The notes under the pieces are model-generated. The model was not told where the DNA came from and ran no database searches. It saw only the letters and a program-made list of their open reading frames with translations. DNA of 64,000 nt from Candidatus Micrarchaeia archaeon (GTDB taxonomy: Archaea > Micrarchaeota > Micrarchaeia > CABMEP01): assembly GCA_038881595.1 (NCBI GenBank), contig JAVZPM010000001.1, positions 32,001 to 96,000 on the forward strand, in the 5' to 3' direction. This document shows, one piece after another, positions 1-9,234 of this stretch. Every line of letters begins with the position of its first letter. The stretch's first letter is position 1. Position numbers and translations under genes: made by a program.

Positions 1-534
1 CTTAATGCAGATGAGGTTAAGAAGTTTGTACTTGATGATCTAAATTCGAAATATCCAGATGCAGATATAAAAGAGATATTGGAAATGAAACCTGGTGAAT
101 CAAACAACACATGGCAGATCAAGACAAGGGTTACTTTTAACTACTCATCACCATGTCCAGTAAGAATGAATGTTTATTATGATTATCCAAGAAGAGGATT
201 CATAGAAACCCCTCCAGAATATATAACTAAGAATTGCGAGGTCTGCAAAGGAATAGCAAACTGCATACTTGGAACACCTGAGGAAGCAATAATCGCATCG
301 CACACTCTTGAAGGAACAGATGTTGTGAGCAAATTTATAAACACATATTCAAATGCAAAGGCATCTGCTAAATTCTACTCAGAATATCTTGATCCAATAG
401 AAAAGAAACCATACTCGGATGTCTGGATAGTAAAATGGACTTCAGAATCAACTAACTATGGATTAATAGTAATGATAGCAAACACTGGAAAAGTGGTTGG
501 AATAATCCAGGCAACAAAACAGGAAACGATCTAA
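1..534 (+). CDS. Hypothetical protein, 5'-truncated by the window edge
   Basis: Frame is open from position 1 to the stop at 534; contains several Cys (CPVR, CEVCKGIANC); no family recognised. Confidence 0.6.
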   Translation, partial: LNADEVKKFVLDDLNSKYPDADIKEILEMKPGESNNTWQIKTRVTFNYSSPCPVRMNVYYDYPRRGFIETPPEYITKNCEVCKGIANCILGTPEEAIIASHTLEGTDVVSKFINTYSNAKASAKFYSEYLDPIEKKPYSDVWIVKWTSESTNYGLIVMIANTGKVVGIIQATKQETI

Positions 535-545
535 AAACATTTATT

Positions 546-1943
546 TTATTTTTTCAGCTTCTGTAGTATCAAATCCTTAACAACTTTTGAATCTGCTCTT
601 CCTTTTGTCTCTTTTATTACTTGGCCTATAAGGAAGTGTAGTGTCTTCTCATTCCCGCTTAAGTAGTCCTGAACTGCTTTCTGCTGGGCTAAAAGGATTT
701 TGTCTATTATCGTTTCGAGTTCAGAGGTGTTACTTATTTTAAGAAGATTAAGATCAGATGCAATCTTTGATGGATTTTCTTTTGTCTCTATCATCTTTAT
801 TAGAACTTGTTCTGTACCTCTGTCTGTAAGATCTCCTTTATAGAACATAATGAACAAGTCAGAAAGCCATTCTGAATTTAATCCTGAATCGATATATGAA
901 AGATTCCTATAGTTCAACTGCTTTTTGAGCGGACCTCTTATCCAAGATGCAATTTTCTGAGCTTCTATTATAGTTCCCTTTGATTCCACCTTAAAGACCA
1001 TCTCTTCAAAAAGCTTCGCTAGATTCATATCCATTGAAAGGATCCATGCGTCATCGCTCTTTATCTTATATTGGGTTTCAAATCTTGCAGCCTTGGCCCT
1101 TGGAAGCTCTGGCATTCCTTTTTTGATCTGTGATATTCTTTCTTCACTTATAATAATTGGTGGTACATCTGGATCTGGCATATACCTATAATCATCCTCT
1201 GTCTCTTTCTTTCTAAGAGATGTTGTTGTTCCTGTTGATTCATCGAAATGCCTTGTTTCTCTTACTATTGTACCGCCATGTCTAAGGATATTTTGCTGTC
1301 TTATGATTTCATAATTCAATGCATCATACACTCCCTTGAATGAGTTAATGTTTTTTATTTCTACCCTTGTTCCTCCATTGAGACTTATATTTGCATCTAC
1401 TCTAAGAGAACCTGGCTCGTCTCTTCCAGCATCAAGGTAATTTAGAATAGCATCAAGTTCGTCTAGAAAATCCCTTGCATCTGCAGGAGATTTCATATCT
1501 GGCTCAGTAACAATTTCAATAAGAGGCACGTTTGCTCTATTGTAATCAACAGTTCCCTCCCTTAATTCATACCTTCCTGGATCCTCTTCTATGTGAATCT
1601 CCCTGATTCTTACTTTTCCAAGCATTCCATCCACGCCTATTGGTTTAGAAGTTCTCTGAAATCCAGTGGGAAGATCTGGATAAAAGTAATGCTTTCTCTG
1701 AATTACTGAAGAATCAACAAATTTACAATTCAATGCTATACCTATCTTTAAAAGCTGATCCAAGGCATGAGAATTAAGTCCTAATGGCTTCGCACCTGGC
1801 TGCCCTGTGCATATTGGACATATGTTTGTATTTTCTGGTTTATCCCTGTAATCTGTTGGACATCTACAGAAAAGTTTGCTCTTTGTTTTAAGTTGTACAT
1901 GAATTTCAAGTCCTATTACAATGTCCAAATTCTTTTCATTCAT
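546..1943 (-). CDS. gatB: Asp/Glu-tRNA amidotransferase subunit B
   Basis: IGLEIHVQL, KHYFYPDLP, HIEEDPG, DYNRANVPLIEIVTEP and YRYMPDPD motifs. Confidence 0.97.
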   Translation of the reverse strand: MNEKNLDIVIGLEIHVQLKTKSKLFCRCPTDYRDKPENTNICPICTGQPGAKPLGLNSHALDQLLKIGIALNCKFVDSSVIQRKHYFYPDLPTGFQRTSKPIGVDGMLGKVRIREIHIEEDPGRYELREGTVDYNRANVPLIEIVTEPDMKSPADARDFLDELDAILNYLDAGRDEPGSLRVDANISLNGGTRVEIKNINSFKGVYDALNYEIIRQQNILRHGGTIVRETRHFDESTGTTTSLRKKETEDDYRYMPDPDVPPIIISEERISQIKKGMPELPRAKAARFETQYKIKSDDAWILSMDMNLAKLFEEMVFKVESKGTIIEAQKIASWIRGPLKKQLNYRNLSYIDSGLNSEWLSDLFIMFYKGDLTDRGTEQVLIKMIETKENPSKIASDLNLLKISNTSELETIIDKILLAQQKAVQDYLSGNEKTLHFLIGQVIKETKGRADSKVVKDLILQKLKK

Positions 1944-1954
1944 TTTATCACTTT

Positions 1955-3286
1955 TTATGCAATGTTAAATAAAGCATCGTCTTCAAAGTGTCTTCCATGA
2001 TACTGGATTGCACCATCGAAAATATTTTGTGAAAGTGGAGATACGATTGCTGGAAGACCTGTAAGATTTGCTGCTATTGTCAATGTATCTGCTGCATACA
2101 TTTCTAATGGATTCATTTTTTCTCCGAACTTCCATGGTGGAGTTGGCATTGCAGGCCCTGCAAGAATATCAACCTCTTTCATTACTCTAGAAAATTCTAA
2201 TTTCATTTTCTCTCTCGCTTTAAGAGCTCTGCTATACCATGCATCCTTGAATTCCTTCATTGTGATGTATGTACCTATCATTATCCTTCTTTTTATCTCT
2301 TTTCCAAATGCTGCTCCTCTTGCTTTAGAGAACGCAGAATAAAGATCTTCATTTCTATCTGCAGAATAACCATATCTTAAACCATCAAATTTCTGAAGTG
2401 CTGAAGACAGCTCTGCTGCCATAACTAATTGATAAATAGGGACTGTGTAATTTAAAGTTGGAATCGATACCTCTATGATTTCAAAATCAGATTCAAGTTG
2501 TTTTATTTTATCTCTTACTGCCTTTTCTATCCTTGGATCAATTGAACTAAAGAACTCTTTAGGAATTCCTATCCTTTTTATATCTGCTATTTGCTTTTCT
2601 TTTGATATCATTTTATCTGCAAGCTGTGTTGTCTGGTCATAAGCATCTGTTCCTCTTATTACATGGAAAACCTTTCTCATCACTTCCTTATCCTTTGATA
2701 TTATGCCTATCTGATCTAAAGACATGGCCATATCAACAAGACCATACCTGGAAACCATCCCATAAGTTGGTTTAAGACCGTATGAATTACAAAATGCAGC
2801 GGGGCATCTGACTGAGCCACCTGTATCGCTTCCAAGCGCTGCATCACAGAAGCCTGCTGCCACTGCTGCTCCACTACCGGAAGAAGAACCACCCGGCACC
2901 CTTTCTAAATCTAACGGGTTCTTTGTTATTTTTAATGCGCTGAATGTTCCATCACTACCACATGCAAATTCATCCATATTTAATGAACCTATGATTACTG
3001 CATCTGCATTCAATAGTTTTTCTACAACAGTTGCATTGTAGGTTGCTTTGTGTCCTCTGAGCATATTTGAACCACAGGTAAGCAACTTTCCCTTGTAGGC
3101 TATGTTGTTCTTTATTCCAATTATAAGACCTGCAAGAGGACCTGCATTTCCTTCATTAATTTTTTTGTCTATTCTTCTTGCTGCCTCTATTGCTTCATTC
3201 GAATATACTTCTATAAATGCATTTATTTCCTTATCCTTCTTTTCTATAAGTTCAAGTCTCTTATAGACAATCTCTTCTACTGACAT
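1955..3286 (-). CDS. gatA: Asp/Glu-tRNA amidotransferase subunit A
   Basis: Amidase signature PGGSSSGS...LGSDTGGSVRCPA; lies between gatC and gatB. Confidence 0.97.
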   Translation of the reverse strand: MSVEEIVYKRLELIEKKDKEINAFIEVYSNEAIEAARRIDKKINEGNAGPLAGLIIGIKNNIAYKGKLLTCGSNMLRGHKATYNATVVEKLLNADAVIIGSLNMDEFACGSDGTFSALKITKNPLDLERVPGGSSSGSGAAVAAGFCDAALGSDTGGSVRCPAAFCNSYGLKPTYGMVSRYGLVDMAMSLDQIGIISKDKEVMRKVFHVIRGTDAYDQTTQLADKMISKEKQIADIKRIGIPKEFFSSIDPRIEKAVRDKIKQLESDFEIIEVSIPTLNYTVPIYQLVMAAELSSALQKFDGLRYGYSADRNEDLYSAFSKARGAAFGKEIKRRIMIGTYITMKEFKDAWYSRALKAREKMKLEFSRVMKEVDILAGPAMPTPPWKFGEKMNPLEMYAADTLTIAANLTGLPAIVSPLSQNIFDGAIQYHGRHFEDDALFNIA

Positions 3287-3306
3287 ACAATCACGCTAAG
3301 AATTAA

Positions 3307-3597
3307 TTATTTTAGAGATTTAGGAACCACAAGGATATTACCTTCTCTCTTTGTAAATTCAGACCTTATCATCTCCTTTGTGTCCTCATCTTGTTCCTTT
3401 ACTTCATCATCTCTTAGTGAATTTGAAATTCCGTGCATATAGCTTGTTTTTTCTTCAACTTCTTCTATATCTATTTCTTGAACTTTTCCGAAATATGCAA
3501 GAAGCATGTCCATCTCATTGCAAAGACTCTTTAATTCTTCATCAGAAAGTTTGATTCTTGCAACCTGTGATATCTGTTTTACATTTTCCTGATCCAT
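3307..3597 (-). CDS. gatC: Asp/Glu-tRNA amidotransferase subunit C
   Basis: ~96 aa, VARIKL...LRDDEV...VVPK pattern, first gene of the gatCAB operon. Confidence 0.9.
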   Translation of the reverse strand: MDQENVKQISQVARIKLSDEELKSLCNEMDMLLAYFGKVQEIDIEEVEEKTSYMHGISNSLRDDEVKEQDEDTKEMIRSEFTKREGNILVVPKSLK

Positions 3598-3732
3598 AAT
3601 CACACCAAAAATATTTTATTAGAAAACATATAATAATAGAGATAAAGGAATATAACTCTTTCTTGAAATCTAAATGTATTTTTCTATCCGATTGCGATTT
3701 GTTTATGAACTTGTTGTAAAGATGTTTTAATA

Positions 3733-5118
3733 TCATGGTATGTTTCTCTTTTTCAAGTATTCAAAGAGAAACTGAGTGTAATTCTTCTTTATCTTTGATA
3801 TATCTATTATCTTGGCTGATTTAATTACTTTCCTTATGTCTGGGGGAACGCCATTCTCATCTGGATTAGAAAGTATATGTTCTAAAAGTTGCTTGACATG
3901 AGTGAATCTTCTCTCACCTACTGCCAATATCCTGTCTTCCTCAAACCATATTGGCTCTGTCACCTTATGCTGCCTTATGAACTTATCCACATATTCCCTT
4001 TGGGATAATGGAGGACCCAATATCTTTTTCATTTTTGGAAGAGAGTATATTGAGAACTCGCAGAGAAACATGCATTTTCCATTTGCATACTCGTCAATGT
4101 CAAAAACCTCAAAATCATGCTCCTCTGATTTAGACCTTATTTTGTTTGCAAATTTGTACATCTGGGGCCATAAAATATCTTCAACTACTTTTGGCCTATC
4201 AAATTCTATTCCTAAGAATAAAGAATCTCTTAATTTAAGTTGCTTGTCTATCCATTTTTTATCTATTTTTTCTTGCGATGGCAAAAATGCATTTATTGAA
4301 GGCTTGTTTAAGAATATCGAAGCTGCATATGAGAAAACTGTAAGCGATGTCTTAGAAACCGAAGCTGCAACATTTCTATTTGGATCGACCGGATCTAAAA
4401 CTATCATTGCAGCATCGCTAAACTTTTTCTTAAGCTCTTCCTCATTCACTGGCTCGTTGCTTAATGTTATTATCGGCATTGATTTCATATTTGCGAAGGC
4501 ATCTAATACATTCAAAAAGTTTCCATATCTTAGAACCAATAATTCACAAAGATATCCGCTGAAGCCTCTTATTCTGCCTTCTGCACCATATATCTTTTGC
4601 GTTTTCAAAAACCTTTTGAGAAGCCTAACATCATCTCTTTGAGAATCTGTTATTTTTGAATTTATGAATTTGGTGTGAAGCGGAGACCTGTCTACTGCTG
4701 TAAGCATCTCTGAAACATCCTCTATCTTATATGAAGGAACAATGTCTACCTCTACACCTTCCACCCATGTTCTTACATATGGGTGCTGTGCATAGGCAAT
4801 CTCATATTTTCTTCCCTTGCAGAATTTCTTACTGTATTTCATTGCAAGAGTAAGCATATCTTTCAATGAATAGTCTTTTGAAAAAAGCATGAAAACATCA
4901 AAATCCATGTCACCTTTCAGATTTGTTCCTTTTGCTGTAGAACCAACAAGCTCTATTGAAACATCTTTTGGTGTAATCCTATCTAATTCTGAAACTATTT
5001 TCATTGCTATTTCTCTTTGCTTTGCCTGTTCTTTCTCTGAAGGTTTAATCTTTTTTAATACCTTAGCAAAAATCTTACTGTATCTATCGCTTATGAACAT
5101 CAAACCACTATCTTTCAC
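3733..5118 (-). CDS. cca: Archaeal (class I) CCA-adding tRNA nucleotidyltransferase
   Basis: VGSTAKGTNLKGDMDFDVF, AQHPYV, AVDRSPLH, GFSGYLCELL and DPVDPNRNVA motifs. Confidence 0.95.
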   Translation of the reverse strand: MKDSGLMFISDRYSKIFAKVLKKIKPSEKEQAKQREIAMKIVSELDRITPKDVSIELVGSTAKGTNLKGDMDFDVFMLFSKDYSLKDMLTLAMKYSKKFCKGRKYEIAYAQHPYVRTWVEGVEVDIVPSYKIEDVSEMLTAVDRSPLHTKFINSKITDSQRDDVRLLKRFLKTQKIYGAEGRIRGFSGYLCELLVLRYGNFLNVLDAFANMKSMPIITLSNEPVNEEELKKKFSDAAMIVLDPVDPNRNVAASVSKTSLTVFSYAASIFLNKPSINAFLPSQEKIDKKWIDKQLKLRDSLFLGIEFDRPKVVEDILWPQMYKFANKIRSKSEEHDFEVFDIDEYANGKCMFLCEFSIYSLPKMKKILGPPLSQREYVDKFIRQHKVTEPIWFEEDRILAVGERRFTHVKQLLEHILSNPDENGVPPDIRKVIKSAKIIDISKIKKNYTQFLFEYLKKRNIP

Positions 5119-5152
5119 TTCTCAATATACTGTCTGCTATTAATAGCAGAAA

Positions 5153-5833
5153 TTATCTTGATAAATTATCTAGTCTTTCAATTATTGAATTCAATTTACC
5201 TTGGAATAATTCAGAGGCTGATATTTTCATCTTAACCGTTCCACTGCTTGGTAAGGTATAATTTATTTTCAATGTTTCGCTTTGCGGAATTGCAGATGTG
5301 TTTGTTGTGATGCTTCCGAATACAGTTAACTTTCCTTCCCATGGAATTGAAACTGGGAGACCATAAACCGGCAATACAACATTTATTGTGCCTTTAGTTT
5401 CTATCTCTTGAGATGGGATAGGAATTGAAAATGGTGAAAGTACCTGGTTTAATGGAACTGATGATTGCAAGGAATGCGGTTGATCAAATTGTGTGTTAAG
5501 TTCAATCGTAGATCTACTGAATTCCTTAAGATCAGATGATATTGCTCTAAGTTCAGATTTCAGTGATGCTATTGACATCATTGTAATTACACTAAGAACA
5601 AGAGATACTATTGCTACTACAGCTACGATAACGAATAAAACATTGTTTATCTGTGTTTCCTTAGCTTGAACAGGTTTGCTTATCTTCTGCTCTATTCTCT
5701 GTTCTTCTTTTCTTTCCTCCTTTGGTTTTTCTGGTTTCTTTGGTGAAACTATCCTTTCAGGAGGGAGTATTACTACTCCTTTTCCTAAGTCTACCTCTCT
5801 CTTTGGTGCGCTAGGATACTCTTCTTCCGCCAT
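5153..5833 (-). CDS. Hypothetical single-pass membrane protein
   Basis: One long hydrophobic helix (VLFVIVAVVAIVSLVLSVI) followed by a coiled-coil-like segment. Confidence 0.7.
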   Translation of the reverse strand: MAEEEYPSAPKREVDLGKGVVILPPERIVSPKKPEKPKEERKEEQRIEQKISKPVQAKETQINNVLFVIVAVVAIVSLVLSVITMMSIASLKSELRAISSDLKEFSRSTIELNTQFDQPHSLQSSVPLNQVLSPFSIPIPSQEIETKGTINVVLPVYGLPVSIPWEGKLTVFGSITTNTSAIPQSETLKINYTLPSSGTVKMKISASELFQGKLNSIIERLDNLSR

Positions 5834-5894
5834 AAACTAATTATATAGAGACAGATTTAAATTAGTTTTCAATTTAATCGTTCTTGCTGTGTAA

Positions 5895-7088
5895 TTAAAG
5901 AAGTATCAGAATTGAAGGAATAATAAGGAATGCCATAAGATTCGTTCTTCTCACTCCAAGAAGTGGGGGTAATAGCCCAATGAATGTTGCGAGAATACAT
6001 GTGAGTAATCCGAAGACACCTGAAAATAGAAATACGGATAATATAAGGAAAATTAGTACTGAAAAACTGATCAATCTCTGATCTATCTTGTTTATTGCAG
6101 AAATGAAAATTTCTGAAAACCCCAATAAAAGCAGAATTCCTATAATAGTTCCAACAAAATAAAATGCAATAAACCAGATAAGCAATGTTACATTAACATC
6201 ACTAATTAGTTGATTGATATTGACTAATGTACCTGTCCTTGCCTTTCCTATCCGTTCTAAGGCAACAATTGAATTTGCATAGTGGCTAATTGTAATAGAA
6301 GTAGTTGAAGAAAGAAAAAGAAGCGGATTGCCTGCAAACGGAGATACAAACGTTGCTAATTGAGCTGGAGAATTTATTGCAGGAAATAGGTCAGCTACAG
6401 CACCGATCAATGAAGAGAGCAAAATTATAATTATAAAGCTCTTGCCTATCTCTATCTTATATGATTCATTTCTCTGCTCTGGAATTAATGATTTTTCATT
6501 AAAAGACAAAATAATACTACTTAATGCAAAGAAACCTACAAAGACTGCAAATAAAGATTCCTGAAGAAGAGATGATATTGATGTTGAAAGAATCAGATAA
6601 CCGAAAAAACCTGAAATTAGAAAAACAAATAATGACTCTTTTATCTTCTTCTCCTGTAGCAGGAAAAAAACTGAAAAAAGTATCAAGATATAAGCTAGAT
6701 ATGGTTTGATAACAGGAAATAATAAAGGAAGAAATATGTAAGCCAATGGAATGATAAATACAAGAAAGAGAAGAGTTAGGAGCGCGGAAATAGCACACAC
6801 CAAAACAGCAAGCCTTCCTTTTCCATTTAAAACCAATTTCTGAGCGGGAAGTATTGAAAGCACTGAGTCTGAGTCGGGTATAAAAAGAAATATTGCTGGA
6901 AGAAGCGCAACCATATTGTTTACTGCAGCTGTAATTATTATGATTGCAGCCAATTCAAAATTATCTTGTACATTAAGATTAGAAATTATTTGGGATATTG
7001 TATTTGGATGTATTCCAGGAATTAACCCTGCTAGTGAACCTAAAATAATACCAAATATAAATGTTGAAATCAAACTCAATTCATCCAT
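5895..7088 (-). CDS. TctA-like (tripartite tricarboxylate transporter family) membrane protein
   Basis: N-terminal GLIPGIHPN, SILPAQKL and C-terminal GVRRTNLM motifs; many TM helices. Confidence 0.75.
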   Translation of the reverse strand: MDELSLISTFIFGIILGSLAGLIPGIHPNTISQIISNLNVQDNFELAAIIIITAAVNNMVALLPAIFLFIPDSDSVLSILPAQKLVLNGKGRLAVLVCAISALLTLLFLVFIIPLAYIFLPLLFPVIKPYLAYILILFSVFFLLQEKKIKESLFVFLISGFFGYLILSTSISSLLQESLFAVFVGFFALSSIILSFNEKSLIPEQRNESYKIEIGKSFIIIILLSSLIGAVADLFPAINSPAQLATFVSPFAGNPLLFLSSTTSITISHYANSIVALERIGKARTGTLVNINQLISDVNVTLLIWFIAFYFVGTIIGILLLLGFSEIFISAINKIDQRLISFSVLIFLILSVFLFSGVFGLLTCILATFIGLLPPLLGVRRTNLMAFLIIPSILILL

Positions 7089-7135
7089 TACATCACATAG
7101 AATAAATATTTCATAGAATCAATTTATTTGAACTA

Positions 7136-7777
7136 TTATCTTATCAAAGCTATATCCTTTGATTGAACATAAAGAAAGGATCTATTGCTAAACTTTTTGA
7201 CGGAACCAACGACATAGACATAGTCGCCTTCAGTAAGAAAGATGGGGATCGTGCCTTGTGAAACTATGATATTTATACATTCAGAATTCTTCTTGACTTG
7301 CGAATCACATAACTTAAAGTTGTTTGAATTTATATCAAAAACAAATCCAGCTACTTTGACATATGCACCATCATGTATGGAACTAATTCCAGATACAGAT
7401 ATAATTTTTGGAGAAATGAACATTGATAGAATAAAAAGAGATAATATGCCGATTATAGAGAAGATAATTGAAATATTTAGAAGGTTTTCTCTTGATACAG
7501 AAGGAATTTTTAGGAAAATGTTGTATTTTGATTCTCTTTTATTAAGATCTTTTGAATGTTGTTTTTCTGAACGCTGAGTTTTTTTAGAATGTTCATTCAA
7601 AGAAAATTTGTTAGATAGGATACTAGATAAGAATCTTTCTAGATTCCTTCTAAATGTAAACACTTTTCTTGAAATCGCATCCATTGCCATAAAAACACAA
7701 AAGATATGATAAACACATAATAAAATATTTGTTATTGCGTTTTTCTTTGCTATACTTATTGATTTAATTTTCCTCAT
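7136..7777 (-). CDS. Membrane-anchored OB-fold hypothetical protein (true start probably downstream)
   Basis: TM helix followed by GAYVKVAGFV...EGDYVYVVGSV OB-like pattern. Confidence 0.55.
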   Translation of the reverse strand: MRKIKSISIAKKNAITNILLCVYHIFCVFMAMDAISRKVFTFRRNLERFLSSILSNKFSLNEHSKKTQRSEKQHSKDLNKRESKYNIFLKIPSVSRENLLNISIIFSIIGILSLFILSMFISPKIISVSGISSIHDGAYVKVAGFVFDINSNNFKLCDSQVKKNSECINIIVSQGTIPIFLTEGDYVYVVGSVKKFSNRSFLYVQSKDIALIR

Positions 7778-8735
7778 AAGAGGAAGCGACTATGTATGCA
7801 AGCAAAGCCTCTAGCTGTATCCTTTCATTTGCCCCTTCTGTTATTCTAAAATCGAATTCTCCAACTCTGTCTACTAATTTAACCTTCTGCTGTATAGACA
7901 ATGCCTTTCTATTTATTATATCCTTATGGATTGCTGCCAGTATGTCCTGGCCGTTTATTCCATGATTTATAAGAAGATCGTAAAGAATTGTCCTTGCCTC
8001 ATTAAACTTGCCTGCAAACGCATAATCTAACATACGACCTATATCCATGGGCCTTGCAGTTGCAACAAAAGAATATACTGAATTCTCATCTATGTCTTTT
8101 GATGTTAACGAAATTGATTGAAGAATATTTATCGCCTTTCTCATGTCTCCTTCTGACACATCAATCAATGCGTCATTAGCCTTATCACTTAAATTCAATC
8201 CTTCTGCTTCAGCTATCTTGGCAACTGCTTTTTTAATTTCTTCTTTTGAAAGAGGCTTGAACCTGAATACTGCACATCTGCTTTGAATAGGCTCGATTAT
8301 CTTTCCAGACCAGTTGCAGCTCAGGATAAAACGTGTTGTAGATGAATACATTTCCATGGTCCTTCTTAATGCCTGCTGAGCTTCCGGTGTCAATGCATCA
8401 GCCTCATCAAGAAATATTATCTTAAATGGAACGCCGCTTATTGGAGCTGTCCTTGCAAAATCTTTTATCTGACCTCTAACTACATCTATTCCTCTAGCAT
8501 CGCTTGCGTTTAATTCAAGAATATTGTGTCTGTAGTCATCTCCGTAAAGTTCTCGTGCCAATGCCAATGCGCATGTAGTTTTTCCTGTGCCTGCTGGTCC
8601 AGCAAATAAAAGATGAGGCATATTGTATGTCTTTGCATACTCTGAAAGCTTTGAAACTACCTCTGTCTGTCCCACTATATCTGAAAGCTTCTTAGGCCTA
8701 TACAACTCAACCCAAGGAATATATTTTTCTTCCAT
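7764..8735 (-). CDS. rfcS: Replication factor C small subunit
   Basis: PWVELYRP, GPAGTGKT, LELNASD, DEAD and IQSRC motifs; start taken at MEEKY. Confidence 0.97.
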   Translation of the reverse strand: MEEKYIPWVELYRPKKLSDIVGQTEVVSKLSEYAKTYNMPHLLFAGPAGTGKTTCALALARELYGDDYRHNILELNASDARGIDVVRGQIKDFARTAPISGVPFKIIFLDEADALTPEAQQALRRTMEMYSSTTRFILSCNWSGKIIEPIQSRCAVFRFKPLSKEEIKKAVAKIAEAEGLNLSDKANDALIDVSEGDMRKAINILQSISLTSKDIDENSVYSFVATARPMDIGRMLDYAFAGKFNEARTILYDLLINHGINGQDILAAIHKDIINRKALSIQQKVKLVDRVGEFDFRITEGANERIQLEALLAYIVASSYEEN

Positions 8736-8861
8736 AAAACCACAAATAATAGAGATATAATTCCATAAGTAATAATATTCTTTAACTCTTTTTAACCCAC
8801 ACAATAGATATATAATATAAAAATACTTAAATAAGTTTTGGACATATAATTAATCTAGAAT

Positions 8862-9221
8862 GTGCTAATTCTAAGCATATTTAGGGATGAGAAAATGAGA
8901 TTTATGCTGCTTTCACTAAACATCATAATAATGGTTGCACTAGGAGTTTATTTATTAAATATATTTTCAGTAAATGAATTAGGAATAAATGGAATTGGCT
9001 TAATAGTTATCTCTTCATTAGCAATCACAATGTTTGCAAATTATTTAATAGAAGAGAGATATGTATCTAACCCATTATTTTTCATCTTGCCTGGGCTTGC
9101 TGCTTCCGTAATTTCTGTATTGGCTACAAAGGGATTATCTATAATTACAATAATAGCAATACTTTTCATAGTACCTGGTTTAGTTATGTTAATAAGAGAT
9201 AAATCTAAAAGCAAGGAATAA
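8862..9221 (+). CDS. Small multi-pass membrane protein
   Basis: Four hydrophobic segments. Confidence 0.65.
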   Translation: MLILSIFRDEKMRFMLLSLNIIIMVALGVYLLNIFSVNELGINGIGLIVISSLAITMFANYLIEERYVSNPLFFILPGLAASVISVLATKGLSIITIIAILFIVPGLVMLIRDKSKSKE

Positions 9222-9234
9222 AACAAGTGGTTTT

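Noticed and set aside
3902..4642. 246-aa plus-strand ORF and the many other antisense ORFs in the track
   Set aside because: Shadow frames of well-supported genes (here cca), with Ser/Phe/Ile-rich antisense composition.
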